NCBI GenBank assembly: GCA_964444765.1
Contig: CAYUID010000001.1
Location: 1-27,097, forward strand
DNA: 27,097 bases
Source: an uncultured Candidatus Saccharibacteria bacterium
Lineage (GTDB): Bacteria; Patescibacteriota; Minisyncoccia; Phycocordibacterales; DATDWN01
Direction of reading: 5' to 3'
In this document: one piece after another, positions 7,024-14,376 of the stretch
Numbering within the stretch: the stretch's first letter is position 1
Layout of the letters: the number at the start of each line of letters is the position of its first letter
Translations under genes and position numbers: made by a program
The notes under the pieces: generated by a model
Database searches by the model: none
What the model was told of the DNA's origin: nothing
What the model saw: the letters and a program-made list of their open reading frames with translations, nothing else

Positions 7024-8165
7024 TTTTTATTGAGTTCGTCGGATATGGTTTTGGTAAGTATCGGAGCGGCTGTGCTGGCAAAAATTTGGCCAAACTCTTT
7101 TGGATCCTGAAGTAAAAACTGAAACAAACTCATTTTCAGCTCGCTTTGCAGTTCTCTGTTTATATAAGGCACAGTAATAGCATTCAAAGCTCTGTCGCTT
7201 GTGCTGTTTGCGTCAGAACTGGTTGTAATTATGCCAAGGAGAGTCCCATTTTTATCTATGACCGCTCCGCCAGAAGAGCCTTTTTGAGAAACAACAGTAC
7301 CGCCGACTGCGATTACATCAACTGTGTTAGCTTTAAATGTAAAAACATCTTGAATTCTTGTCGTAGCGCTAGTTATACTCAAATCTTGGAGAATGGAAAG
7401 GCCTCCTAGGAAGCCAGCAGGGTAGGAGACCAGAAGGACAGGAGAGTTTTTATTTATATTCTCACCAATATTTGGAACAATAAAAGGAAAACTGCTTGGC
7501 AGATTTGATCCATCTGTCATCTCGCTTATTCTCAAAAATGAATAGTCATGCTCTCCAGTGCCTTTTGGGTCGCTTTGTTTCAATAAATCTTTATTATCCG
7601 CGACCCAACTTGGGGAAATGAAAACCAAATCCAACTTGTAGCGAGGGTAAGCGGGACTTCCTGTTCTAGCCACACAACTTATATAATTTTTCTCTCTCAA
7701 GTCTTTCAGTAGGAGATATTGTCCAATATGGGCGTTGGTCAGTATGAGTCCATCGCCATTTATAATTACCCCGGTACCGGAAATAGGGGAGAGATCACCA
7801 TACTTTGTTGTACATAAAATATTTATCAAAGCGCTTCTGGAGGATGAATTTATGTTAGTAAAGTCTACATTTTCTTCAGAAATAAATATGTTTTGAGGTG
7901 TAGTACTGGCAGGGAAAATAGTCAATGTTGGTTTTTTCTCTGGTTCAGCCTTTTTTGCCTTAACCTCTTTTTTTAAAGTTTTTGTCGAGGTGGCAGATGA
8001 TGAATCACTCAAAACAATTTTTGGAGAAGTGGTGGCAACTTGCTGTTTTAATACCGGCGCGTCAGATTTATTTGTTGGGGCGTTTAATAAGCCCAGGATT
8101 ACAAAGGTTTGGATTAAGAGGGAGGAAAGAAGTTTCTTTAAAAACATTTCTAAATTATACATCAC
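7020..8165 (-). CDS. secreted/membrane-anchored trypsin-like serine protease
   Basis: Hydrophobic N-terminus and Ser/Thr-rich linker. Catalytic triad motifs LTNAH, HDYSFL, KGSSGGAV. Start may be at 8147. Confidence 0.8.
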   Translation of the reverse strand: MMYNLEMFLKKLLSSLLIQTFVILGLLNAPTNKSDAPVLKQQVATTSPKIVLSDSSSATSTKTLKKEVKAKKAEPEKKPTLTIFPASTTPQNIFISEENVDFTNINSSSRSALINILCTTKYGDLSPISGTGVIINGDGLILTNAHIGQYLLLKDLREKNYISCVARTGSPAYPRYKLDLVFISPSWVADNKDLLKQSDPKGTGEHDYSFLRISEMTDGSNLPSSFPFIVPNIGENINKNSPVLLVSYPAGFLGGLSILQDLSITSATTRIQDVFTFKANTVDVIAVGGTVVSQKGSSGGAVIDKNGTLLGIITTSSDANSTSDRALNAITVPYINRELQSELKMSLFQFLLQDPKEFGQIFASTAAPILTKTISDELNKN

Positions 8166-8234
8166 TGAAAATACAATCTAAATCAGGATTTATTAATTGC
8201 GAGAGCCATTTTTTTCTGATAACATGAGCCAATC

Positions 8235-8308
8235 GCGGGATTAGTTTATCGGTAAAATAACAGTTTTCCAAACTGTGGTGAGCGGTTCGACTCCGCTATC
8301 CCGCACCA
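8235..8308 (+). tRNA. tRNA-Gly(TCC), CCA encoded
   Basis: Acceptor GCGGGAT/ATCCCGC-A-CCA, anticodon arm ACAGT-TTTCCAA-ACTGT, T arm GCGG-TTCGACT-CCGC. Confidence 0.95.
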
Positions 8309-8450
8309 AAAGCGTAGCTTTTGCGTGGCGGAGTCGAACCGGATTGTCGGTCCACGAACCTAGTAGGGTTTGTCGACAATCCGGCGCCTAGAATTTTCTT
8401 GAGTGACGACGAAGGAAAATTCGGAGGGCGAATCTCCGCTATCCCGCACC
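8309..8450 (+). repeat. 143-bp palindromic tRNA-associated mini-element
   Basis: Hairpin AAAAGC/GCTTTT, 14-nt antisense copy of the T arm (8328-8341), 11-bp IR 8339-8349/8374-8384, AATTTTC..GAAAATT hairpin, then a 17-bp duplication of the tRNA 3' end (8434-8450 = 8291-8307). Confidence 0.75.
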
Positions 8451-8481
8451 GACATAAAAAGAATTTCCGAATAAGAATTAA

Positions 8482-8985
8482 ATGGAAATAAAATCTCAAT
8501 TTGAGAATAGGAGTAAAACTTATAAGGTTATCTACAATGATGGAGTTCCTAAGACTGAAACTGACCCTAAAATGCTAGATGGCGTTCATACTTATTGTTT
8601 TTATGGTGATAAGTTGGTCATTGTCAGTTCAGCTGAAAACCATTGGACTCCCCCAGGTGGAGCAATAGAAAAAGGAGAAACATATTCCGAAGCAGCTGTT
8701 AGGGAGATAAAAGAAGAATCAAACATGAATGTTTTGCGAATGGAATGTATTGGTTATCAAGACATTGAAATTCCCTGGGAAAGCAGAACAATAAGACAAT
8801 TTAGAATGTTTGCCATTGTTGAACCAGAAGGAGAATTTGAATCTGACCCAGACGGAGATATTTTTGAAATAAAGCTAATTAACCCAGAAGACTACAAAGA
8901 ATATATTAAATGGGGTGAAGTTGGAGACCACCTTATGAAAAGAGCATTGGAATTGAAGACTAAGTATAATAACTCTAAATTCTAA
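8482..8985 (+). CDS. NUDIX hydrolase (cargo of unit 2)
   Basis: Nudix box GGAIEKGETYSEAAVREIKEES. Confidence 0.88.
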   Translation: MEIKSQFENRSKTYKVIYNDGVPKTETDPKMLDGVHTYCFYGDKLVIVSSAENHWTPPGGAIEKGETYSEAAVREIKEESNMNVLRMECIGYQDIEIPWESRTIRQFRMFAIVEPEGEFESDPDGDIFEIKLINPEDYKEYIKWGEVGDHLMKRALELKTKYNNSKF

Positions 8986-8994
8986 TCATCTTAA

Positions 8995-9087
8995 CTAGAC
9001 TTTAGCTTCTGTTAACGATAATCTAGGTATATAGAAAATGGCGTTAGACTCTAGAAAACAGGTTCTAACGTCATTCACTATCCCGCA
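8995..9087 (-). pseudogene. start-less C-terminal protein tail crossing the att core (copy 1)
   Basis: Translates CGIVNDVRTCFLESNAIFYIPRLSLTEAKV*. No in-frame ATG upstream before a stop. Confidence 0.65.
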
Positions 9088-9094
9088 CCAAAAG
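9078..9094 (+). repeat. att-like direct repeat of the tRNA-Gly 3' end
   Basis: CTATCCCGCACCAAAAG, identical to 8296-8312. Confidence 0.9.
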
Positions 9095-9209
9095 TGTAAA
9101 TTTCTAACGTTTTTCTGAAAGTGTATGAATCTGTAACGATTCTTGGCGGTTATACTCTAGTTGTATAGAAATACAGAAGACTGATAGTTTTTGGACATGA
9201 ATATTGATT

Positions 9210-9266
9210 TTATGTTGATAAATATACGGTTTCATTAGTTTTTACTGCGGTTCTAACTTTAACGAA
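9210..9266 (-). pseudogene. possible third, degenerate tail relic
   Basis: Shares GGTTCTAAC (9249-9257) with both tails and translates FVKVRTAVKTNETVYLST*. It has no att core. Confidence 0.3.
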
Positions 9267-9268
9267 AA

Positions 9269-9290
9269 GGCCACCAGTATTCCGGTGGCC
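9269..9290 (-). terminator. intrinsic terminator of the HTH gene
   Basis: GGCCACCGG-AATA-CTGGTGGCC followed by TTTT on the - strand. Confidence 0.8.
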
Positions 9291-9306
9291 ATTCTCACTT
9301 GATTTG

Positions 9307-9690
9307 CTATTTCTGTGACAGCAAATCAAGTGCCGTATCCAAGTTTATAGGTCCTGATACCTCGACAATTTTAAGAAGGTATTCCAACTCCTCTCTACCA
9401 AGTTTTTTCTTTGGAGACGCAGCTTTGATGGTCATGTTCGGTAGTCCAAGCTTTTCAAGCCACTCCTCATGGTTGAAGCCAAGAACAACCCCGAGAGATT
9501 TCAAAGCCCTTCCTTGGCCTCTCTGTTGGTGGGGAGAGAGCTTGCCGTTTTTTGGCCACTTTTCTTTTTCAATCAAGCAGATGGTTTTTGTGCTGACACC
9601 TGCTCTGATAGCTAATTCTGCTTGGCCAATACCTAGCTGGTCTCTTTTCTCACGAATCATTGCAGAATATTCTCTCAGTTCCTTGATCAT
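9307..9690 (-). CDS. XRE/Cro-family helix-turn-helix protein
   Basis: IREKRDQLGIGQAELAIRAGVSTKTICLIEK HTH pattern, GAGGGAG RBS, about 53% GC in a sampled line. Confidence 0.8.
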   Translation of the reverse strand: MIKELREYSAMIREKRDQLGIGQAELAIRAGVSTKTICLIEKEKWPKNGKLSPHQQRGQGRALKSLGVVLGFNHEEWLEKLGLPNMTIKAASPKKKLGREELEYLLKIVEVSGPINLDTALDLLSQK

Positions 9691-9712
9691 TTTCTCACTC
9701 CCTCTTTCAAGA

Positions 9713-9786
9713 ATTATAGACTAAAGTATTAAATTGTCAACTAGTGTCGGACAAATGTTGACATTATTTTGACAACAGACTATACT
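9713..9786. promoter_or_regulatory. back-to-back sigma70 promoters
   Basis: - strand TTGACA(9740-9735)-16 nt-TATAAT(9718-9713). + strand TTGACA(9758-9763)-17 nt-TATACT(9781-9786). Confidence 0.85.
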
Positions 9787-9792
9787 GAGGAT

Positions 9793-10542
9793 ATGAAAGA
9801 AATTTTGGAAAATCTTGGCTTAAATAAAGGCGAAATAAACGTCTATTTAGTAGTTTTTAGAAATAAGAGAATTAAACCTGTTGAACTATCTAAGCTAACA
9901 AAAATCAAAAGGACTACGATATACAACATTACCAAATCTTTAGTTTCTAAAGGTCTTATTGTTGAAGATCTTGGTAAAGGGAAAAAGGAATTTGTCTTGG
10001 CAGATTCAAATGATATCAAATTAGTTTTAAGAAAAGAGGAAAATGACTTTAAGAAAAAGGAGGAATTGTTTAAAAGAATAATAGATGATCTAGAGGATTC
10101 TAACATTGGCAAGAGTTATAATCCTCCAAGAATAAGGTTTATTGAAGAGGATAAGGTAGGAGATTATATGATTTCAAGAAATAAAGTATGGAATGACAGC
10201 ATTCTTAAACATGATAATCATTGGTGGGGTTTTCAGGATCATACTTTTTTAGATAAATATACAAAATGGGTGGATTCTTTTTGGAAGCAGGCTTCAAAAG
10301 ATCTAAAACTCAAACTTTTGAGTAACGAATCTGATATAGAAAGGAAAATTAGAGGGAAATATCCAAATAGAGAAATCAAATACTGGAATAAAGGCAATTT
10401 TACCGCTACCACTTGGGTAGTGGGTGATTACCTTGTTTTAATTAGAACAGATAGTCATCCATTTTATTTAGTAGAGATACATGACTCTGTCCTCGCAAGC
10501 AATATGAGGGAATTATTTAAGAATATATGGGGAATAGTTTAA
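9793..10542 (+). CDS. TrmB-family winged-helix transcriptional regulator
   Basis: LENLGLNKGEINVY..ELSKLTKIKRTTIYNITKSLVSKGLI wHTH plus a C-terminal effector domain. Start moved to ATG 9793. Confidence 0.82.
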   Translation: MKEILENLGLNKGEINVYLVVFRNKRIKPVELSKLTKIKRTTIYNITKSLVSKGLIVEDLGKGKKEFVLADSNDIKLVLRKEENDFKKKEELFKRIIDDLEDSNIGKSYNPPRIRFIEEDKVGDYMISRNKVWNDSILKHDNHWWGFQDHTFLDKYTKWVDSFWKQASKDLKLKLLSNESDIERKIRGKYPNREIKYWNKGNFTATTWVVGDYLVLIRTDSHPFYLVEIHDSVLASNMRELFKNIWGIV

Positions 10543-10634
10543 TTGATTTTAACTTCAGTCAGAGATAAACTTGGGATATAGAATTGACTAGGACTGTAGA
10601 GAAAAAAGGTTCTAACATCATTCACTATCCCGCA
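10539..10634 (-). pseudogene. start-less C-terminal protein tail crossing the att core (copy 2)
   Basis: Translates CGIVNDVRTFFLYSPSQFYIPSLSLTEVKIN*, 22/30 identical to copy 1. Confidence 0.65.
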
Positions 10635-10636
10635 CC
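10625..10636 (+). repeat. distal att-like direct repeat
   Basis: CTATCCCGCACC, preceded by the same GGTTCTAACRTCATTCA as the 9078 copy. Confidence 0.88.
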
Positions 10637-10652
10637 GAAAGCGGAGTTTTTA

Positions 10653-10694
10653 AGTAGTTCAAAAAAGCGCTTTTTGGCGCTTTTTTGAACTACT
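10653..10694. terminator. bidirectional terminator
   Basis: Perfect 18-bp IR AGTAGTTCAAAAAAGCGC/GCGCTTTTTTGAACTACT between convergent trmB and hup. Confidence 0.85.
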
Positions 10695-10708
10695 AATCTA
10701 GAACAGTT

Positions 10709-10981
10709 TTATTTAACTGCTTCCTTCAGAGCTTTTGCTGCTCTAAACTTAGGCACTTTCATTGAAGGAACGGAGATAGTCTCACCAGTTCGAGGGTTTC
10801 TAGCTTGTCTAGCTGCTCTTGTTTTTGTTGAGAAAATTCCAAGACCAGCCACCGAAACTTCTCCTCCCTTCTTTAATGTATCAACTATGGAGTTAATCAT
10901 TAAATCAACGACTTCCTCTGCTTGAACTTTCGTTCCGCCGAGTTTTTCGTGTACTGCGTCTACGATTGATGCTTTATTCAT
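10709..10981 (-). CDS. hup: HU DNA-binding protein
   Basis: MNKASIVDAV, VAGLGIF, RQARNPRTGE, PKFRAAKALKEAV. Confidence 0.95.
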   Translation of the reverse strand: MNKASIVDAVHEKLGGTKVQAEEVVDLMINSIVDTLKKGGEVSVAGLGIFSTKTRAARQARNPRTGETISVPSMKVPKFRAAKALKEAVK

Positions 10982-11078
10982 ATTTTGTTCTCTTAATAAA
11001 AAATAAACTAAACCAATCTACTACAAGCTATTATATAGCAAGGCTTTTTTGGCGCAACATATTGACAGACAGCTAAAT

Positions 11079-12608
11079 CTATCTCGCAAATTCGATGTTT
11101 CTGGACTCTCTTATGACCGTAACTTTGATTTCTCCAGGGTATTTTAGCTCTGATTCTATTCTCAGGGCTATGTCCCTGGCCATTTTCTTCGCTTCTAGGT
11201 CTGTTACATCAGTCGGAGTAACAAAAATCCTTATTTCTCGGCCTGCTTGGAGAGCATAAGCCTTCTCAACCCCTTTAAATGAAGTAGCCACAGCTTCTAA
11301 ATCCTTCAGTCTCTTTAGGTAATTTTCTATGCTGTCCCTTCTTGCCCCAGGTCTGCCTCCTGAAATAGCATCTGCTGACTGTACGATCATGGATTCAAGG
11401 GTTTCGTAAGGATATTCCTCGTGGTGTGACTGCATGGCTTTGATTACTGCCTCATCAGCACCAAATTTTTGCAGGATTCTTCTGCCTATCTCGACATGGG
11501 TGCCGACTACCTCATGGTCCAGGGCTTTTCCTATGTCATGAACCAAGGCACCAGCTTTGGCTACAGCCACATTTGCCCCAATTTCTTCGGCTATCATGCC
11601 GGCAATATGAGCCATTTCTACCGAATGAGCCAAAACGTTCTGGCCGTAGCTTGTTCTAAAGTGAAGCCTGCCGAGGATAGAAACAATTCTTGGATCAAGG
11701 CCAAGGACACCGGTTTCATAAACTGCCTCCTCACCCTTTTCCTTAATAGTTTTGTTTATTTCTTGCTCTGAAACTTTGACCATCTCCTCAATTTTAGCTG
11801 GTTGAATTCTGCCATCAGCCACCAGTTTCTCAAGAGCATTCTTAGCGATCTGTCTTCTGACTGGATCAAAAGATGAAATGGTGATTGAACCAGGAGTATC
11901 ATCAACAATAACCTCAACCCCAGTAGCTCTTTCAAAAGCTTTTATATTTCTTCCTTCCTTTCCAATAATTTTCCCTTTTATCTCATCAGAGGGGATAGCT
12001 ACATGGCTTGTTAGCATGTCGGATGAGACAGAATTGGACAATCTCTGGATCGAAGTGGCCAAAATTGACTTGGCTTTCTCTTCCAATCTCTCTTGTCCAA
12101 CAGTTTCCATTTTTTTCATTCTAACCAAAATATCTTCCTCAGATGACCTTTCAACAGATTTTAGTATTTCTTCTTTGGCTTCAGAAGAAGTCATCCTTCC
12201 TATCTTTTCAAGCTCGTTTGTCTTTCTGGCCTCGATCTTTTCGGCATTTTCTCGAATAGCCCTGACCTCTTGGATTCTCTTCTTTATCTCTTCGACTTCC
12301 TTGTCAATTTCTGTTTGCCTATGATCAAGAAGCTCGTCTTTTTTGACCAGACGATCTTCTGTTTTTTTGTTATCCTCCTCTTTTTGTTTTATCTCAACCC
12401 TCGCGACTTTGAGCAGGTCCTCTGCTTTTTTCTCTGCTTCGTCTATGATTTTCTTCTCCCTATCTTTGGCCTCGAGCATCATCTGCTTTATGTCGAGTTC
12501 CATCGAACCTTTCTTACCCAAGGAAATTATGAGACGCAAATAATAACCCAAGCCAAGTGAGATTAGGGATGATGCGGATAGAAGCAGAGCAACTAATTTT
12601 AATGACAT
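11079..12608 (-). CDS. rny: ribonuclease Y
   Basis: N-terminal TM segment, coiled coil, KH domain (KGKIIGKEGRNI), HD domain (LVHDIGKA), RPGARR motif. Confidence 0.97.
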   Translation of the reverse strand: MSLKLVALLLSASSLISLGLGYYLRLIISLGKKGSMELDIKQMMLEAKDREKKIIDEAEKKAEDLLKVARVEIKQKEEDNKKTEDRLVKKDELLDHRQTEIDKEVEEIKKRIQEVRAIRENAEKIEARKTNELEKIGRMTSSEAKEEILKSVERSSEEDILVRMKKMETVGQERLEEKAKSILATSIQRLSNSVSSDMLTSHVAIPSDEIKGKIIGKEGRNIKAFERATGVEVIVDDTPGSITISSFDPVRRQIAKNALEKLVADGRIQPAKIEEMVKVSEQEINKTIKEKGEEAVYETGVLGLDPRIVSILGRLHFRTSYGQNVLAHSVEMAHIAGMIAEEIGANVAVAKAGALVHDIGKALDHEVVGTHVEIGRRILQKFGADEAVIKAMQSHHEEYPYETLESMIVQSADAISGGRPGARRDSIENYLKRLKDLEAVATSFKGVEKAYALQAGREIRIFVTPTDVTDLEAKKMARDIALRIESELKYPGEIKVTVIRESRNIEFAR

Positions 12609-12614
12609 GTTTGC

Positions 12615-12770
12615 GGAAATCCGCCCTAGTTTTTTCTAAGTTTTACTATTATTTCTATTTAACCTTTCAGAAAACAAGAATTTCGGAGTGGTTTGCCAGC
12701 CAGGAAGTATTCTAGGAAAAAATTTAAAAGCGAACGGTGTTAATTATTGATTAAGTTGAACATTCTTACT
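12615..12770 (-). ncRNA. possible 6S RNA upstream of rny
   Basis: 171-nt gap without an ORF upstream of rny, a known syntenic position for 6S in several phyla. Weak GTTCG and GAAAGGTT-like motifs. Structure not convincingly resolved. Confidence 0.2.
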
Positions 12771-12779
12771 ATATATCCT

Positions 12780-13352
12780 CTAGAGAACTTTGTCTATTAT
12801 GCCGTATTTTTTGGCATCTTCTGCCGACATCCAATAATCTCTATCCATGTCTTTCTCAACTTGTGCAATTGGTTTGCCAGTATTTTTTGAGAAAATTTTA
12901 CCCAAGTTTTCCTTATTTTTAAGCATTTGTTTTGTTGAGATCTCTATATCAGAAACCTTTCCTTCTATTCCTCCTCCCCAAGGTTGATGGATCATTATTT
13001 CGGCATTTGGAAGGGCAAATCTTTTACCTTTCTTCCCAGAGGCTAGTATATGAGCTCCCATTGATACGGCCATACCTACGGCAAGAGTAGAGATGTCGTT
13101 TTTTATATGATTCATGGTGTCAATAATTGCAAGGCCTGCAGTAACTGAGCCTCCAGGGGAATTTATGTAAAATGAAATATCCTTTTTTGGATCCTCGGAC
13201 TGTAGAAATAACATTTGGGCAATTATCAAATTTGCCACATGGTCGTCTATAGGACCATCAAGAAATATAATATTATCCCTCAAAAGTCTGGAGAAAATAT
13301 CGTAAGCTCTCTCTCCAAATTGTGATTTTTCTATAACTGTTGGTATTAACAT
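12780..13352 (-). CDS. clpP: ATP-dependent Clp protease proteolytic subunit
   Basis: [25 protein letters not shown] (catalytic S), IMIHQP (H), DMDRDYWM (D). Confidence 0.97.
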   Translation of the reverse strand: MLIPTVIEKSQFGERAYDIFSRLLRDNIIFLDGPIDDHVANLIIAQMLFLQSEDPKKDISFYINSPGGSVTAGLAIIDTMNHIKNDISTLAVGMAVSMGAHILASGKKGKRFALPNAEIMIHQPWGGGIEGKVSDIEISTKQMLKNKENLGKIFSKNTGKPIAQVEKDMDRDYWMSAEDAKKYGIIDKVL

Positions 13353-13359
13353 AGGGGAG

Positions 13360-13387
13360 AGTATAACAGAAAGAGGAAAGCAGTCAA
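13360..13387 (-). promoter_or_regulatory. clpP promoter, probably leaderless
   Basis: TTGACT-16 nt-TATACT with the ATG 8 nt downstream. Confidence 0.65.
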
Positions 13388-13419
13388 AATTATGATATAT
13401 TGAGACAAGAGGGCATCCT

Positions 13420-13623
13420 ATGTCTGAAAACTCCGGAACGTGTAAGTTGTGTGGGAGAAAATTGGCCTGGAGAAACCTGACTGGTCAGTGTTTCTTCCAC
13501 ACGGTGAGTCCTTTAACCGATACGGCAACAAGGGACGATAGGGTTCCTCCAGTTAAGATTGGAGGCGTCTGGAGGCAAATGGACCGAACCAGGAGGGAAT
13601 TTATTCAATCCGTAAAGGATTAA
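13420..13623 (+). CDS. small hypothetical protein with CxxC..CxxH zinc-finger pattern
   Basis: CKLC..CFFH, GAGGG RBS, about 47-48% GC in sampled lines, downstream hairpin. Confidence 0.55.
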   Translation: MSENSGTCKLCGRKLAWRNLTGQCFFHTVSPLTDTATRDDRVPPVKIGGVWRQMDRTRREFIQSVKD

Positions 13624-13643
13624 CGGGGCAGAGATGCCCCGTT
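13622..13643 (+). terminator. GNRA-loop hairpin after the small ORF
   Basis: AACGGGGCA-GAGA-TGCCCCGTT. No clear U-tract. Confidence 0.55.
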
Positions 13644-13676
13644 CGCAATTTAAATAATTGATGTATTATTATCGCC

Positions 13677-14375
13677 ATGAGACTCCATCGATTTTTTGTG
13701 GAGAATCCAATAGAGAAAAAGACTTTTGATATTACAAATCAAGATCTTATACATCAGTGGAGGACAGTTTTTCGTTACAATGTAGGTAGCCAAGTCATCG
13801 TTTTTGATGGAAGTGGAGTAGATTATCTTTGCATTATTACATCTCTGCGAAACTTGGGGGCTACAGTTACAGTTTTGGAGAAAATGGAAGGAGGGAAAAA
13901 ACAAAAAAGAATTGTTTGGGTTTGTCTTTCTCTAATAAAGAAAAATAATTTTGAATTGGCGGTAGAGAAAATAACCGAGATCGGAGTCTCTAATATTGTT
14001 CCTGTGCTCTCGGAGAGAAGCGAGAAGAAAAATTTGAACCTTGAGAGACTAAAGAAGATTGTAAAAGAATCCTCCGAGCAATCTGGTAGGGCAGATGTAC
14101 CGGTTATTCATCCGATTATTATGCTGAAAGAGATTTTAAATTCAGAATTATTACCAAAAAAGAAAATTGTTCTTCATTTGGAAGGAAAATACATTAAAGA
14201 TCTTGTTAGAGAGAGTGATTTTGATCTAGCAGTGTTTATTGGACCAGAAGGAGGTTTTAGTCAGGGTGAAATTGGTCAGTTTTCGGAAAAAAATATTCCA
14301 AGTGTTTGTTTTGGTGAGCCAGTTCTTAGGAGTGAGACGGCTGCCATCGCCGTTTCGAGCTTACTCTTACTTTAA
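13677..14375 (+). CDS. rsmE: 16S rRNA m3U1498 methyltransferase
   Basis: MRLHRFF, ESSEQSGR, IGPEGGFS, VLRSETAAI. Confidence 0.93.
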   Translation: MRLHRFFVENPIEKKTFDITNQDLIHQWRTVFRYNVGSQVIVFDGSGVDYLCIITSLRNLGATVTVLEKMEGGKKQKRIVWVCLSLIKKNNFELAVEKITEIGVSNIVPVLSERSEKKNLNLERLKKIVKESSEQSGRADVPVIHPIIMLKEILNSELLPKKKIVLHLEGKYIKDLVRESDFDLAVFIGPEGGFSQGEIGQFSEKNIPSVCFGEPVLRSETAAIAVSSLLLL

Positions 14376-14376
14376 A

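Larger units (their letters stand above)
8309..10636. mobile_element. tandem integrase-less cassette array/island at the 3' end of tRNA-Gly(TCC)
   Basis: Core CTATCCCGCACC occurs at 8296, 8439, 9078 and 10625, delimiting units of 143, 639 and 1547 bp. Confidence 0.8.

Noticed and set aside
8296-8499. 67-aa ORF on the - strand
   Set aside because: It is the antisense read-through of the palindromic mini-element and tRNA end, with no protein-like features.
9193-9220. TTATGTTGATA resembling the XerD arm of dif
   Set aside because: The partner arm lacks the ATAA required 6 nt upstream, so this is probably chance in AT-rich DNA.
9299-9724. 141-aa + strand ORF
   Set aside because: Shadow of the HTH gene, which has the RBS, promoter, terminator and domain pattern.
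8296-10636. CRISPR array interpretation of the repeated 12-17-mer
   Set aside because: The repeat is the tRNA 3' end, spacing is irregular (143/639/1547 bp), the intervals contain genes, and no cas genes are present.
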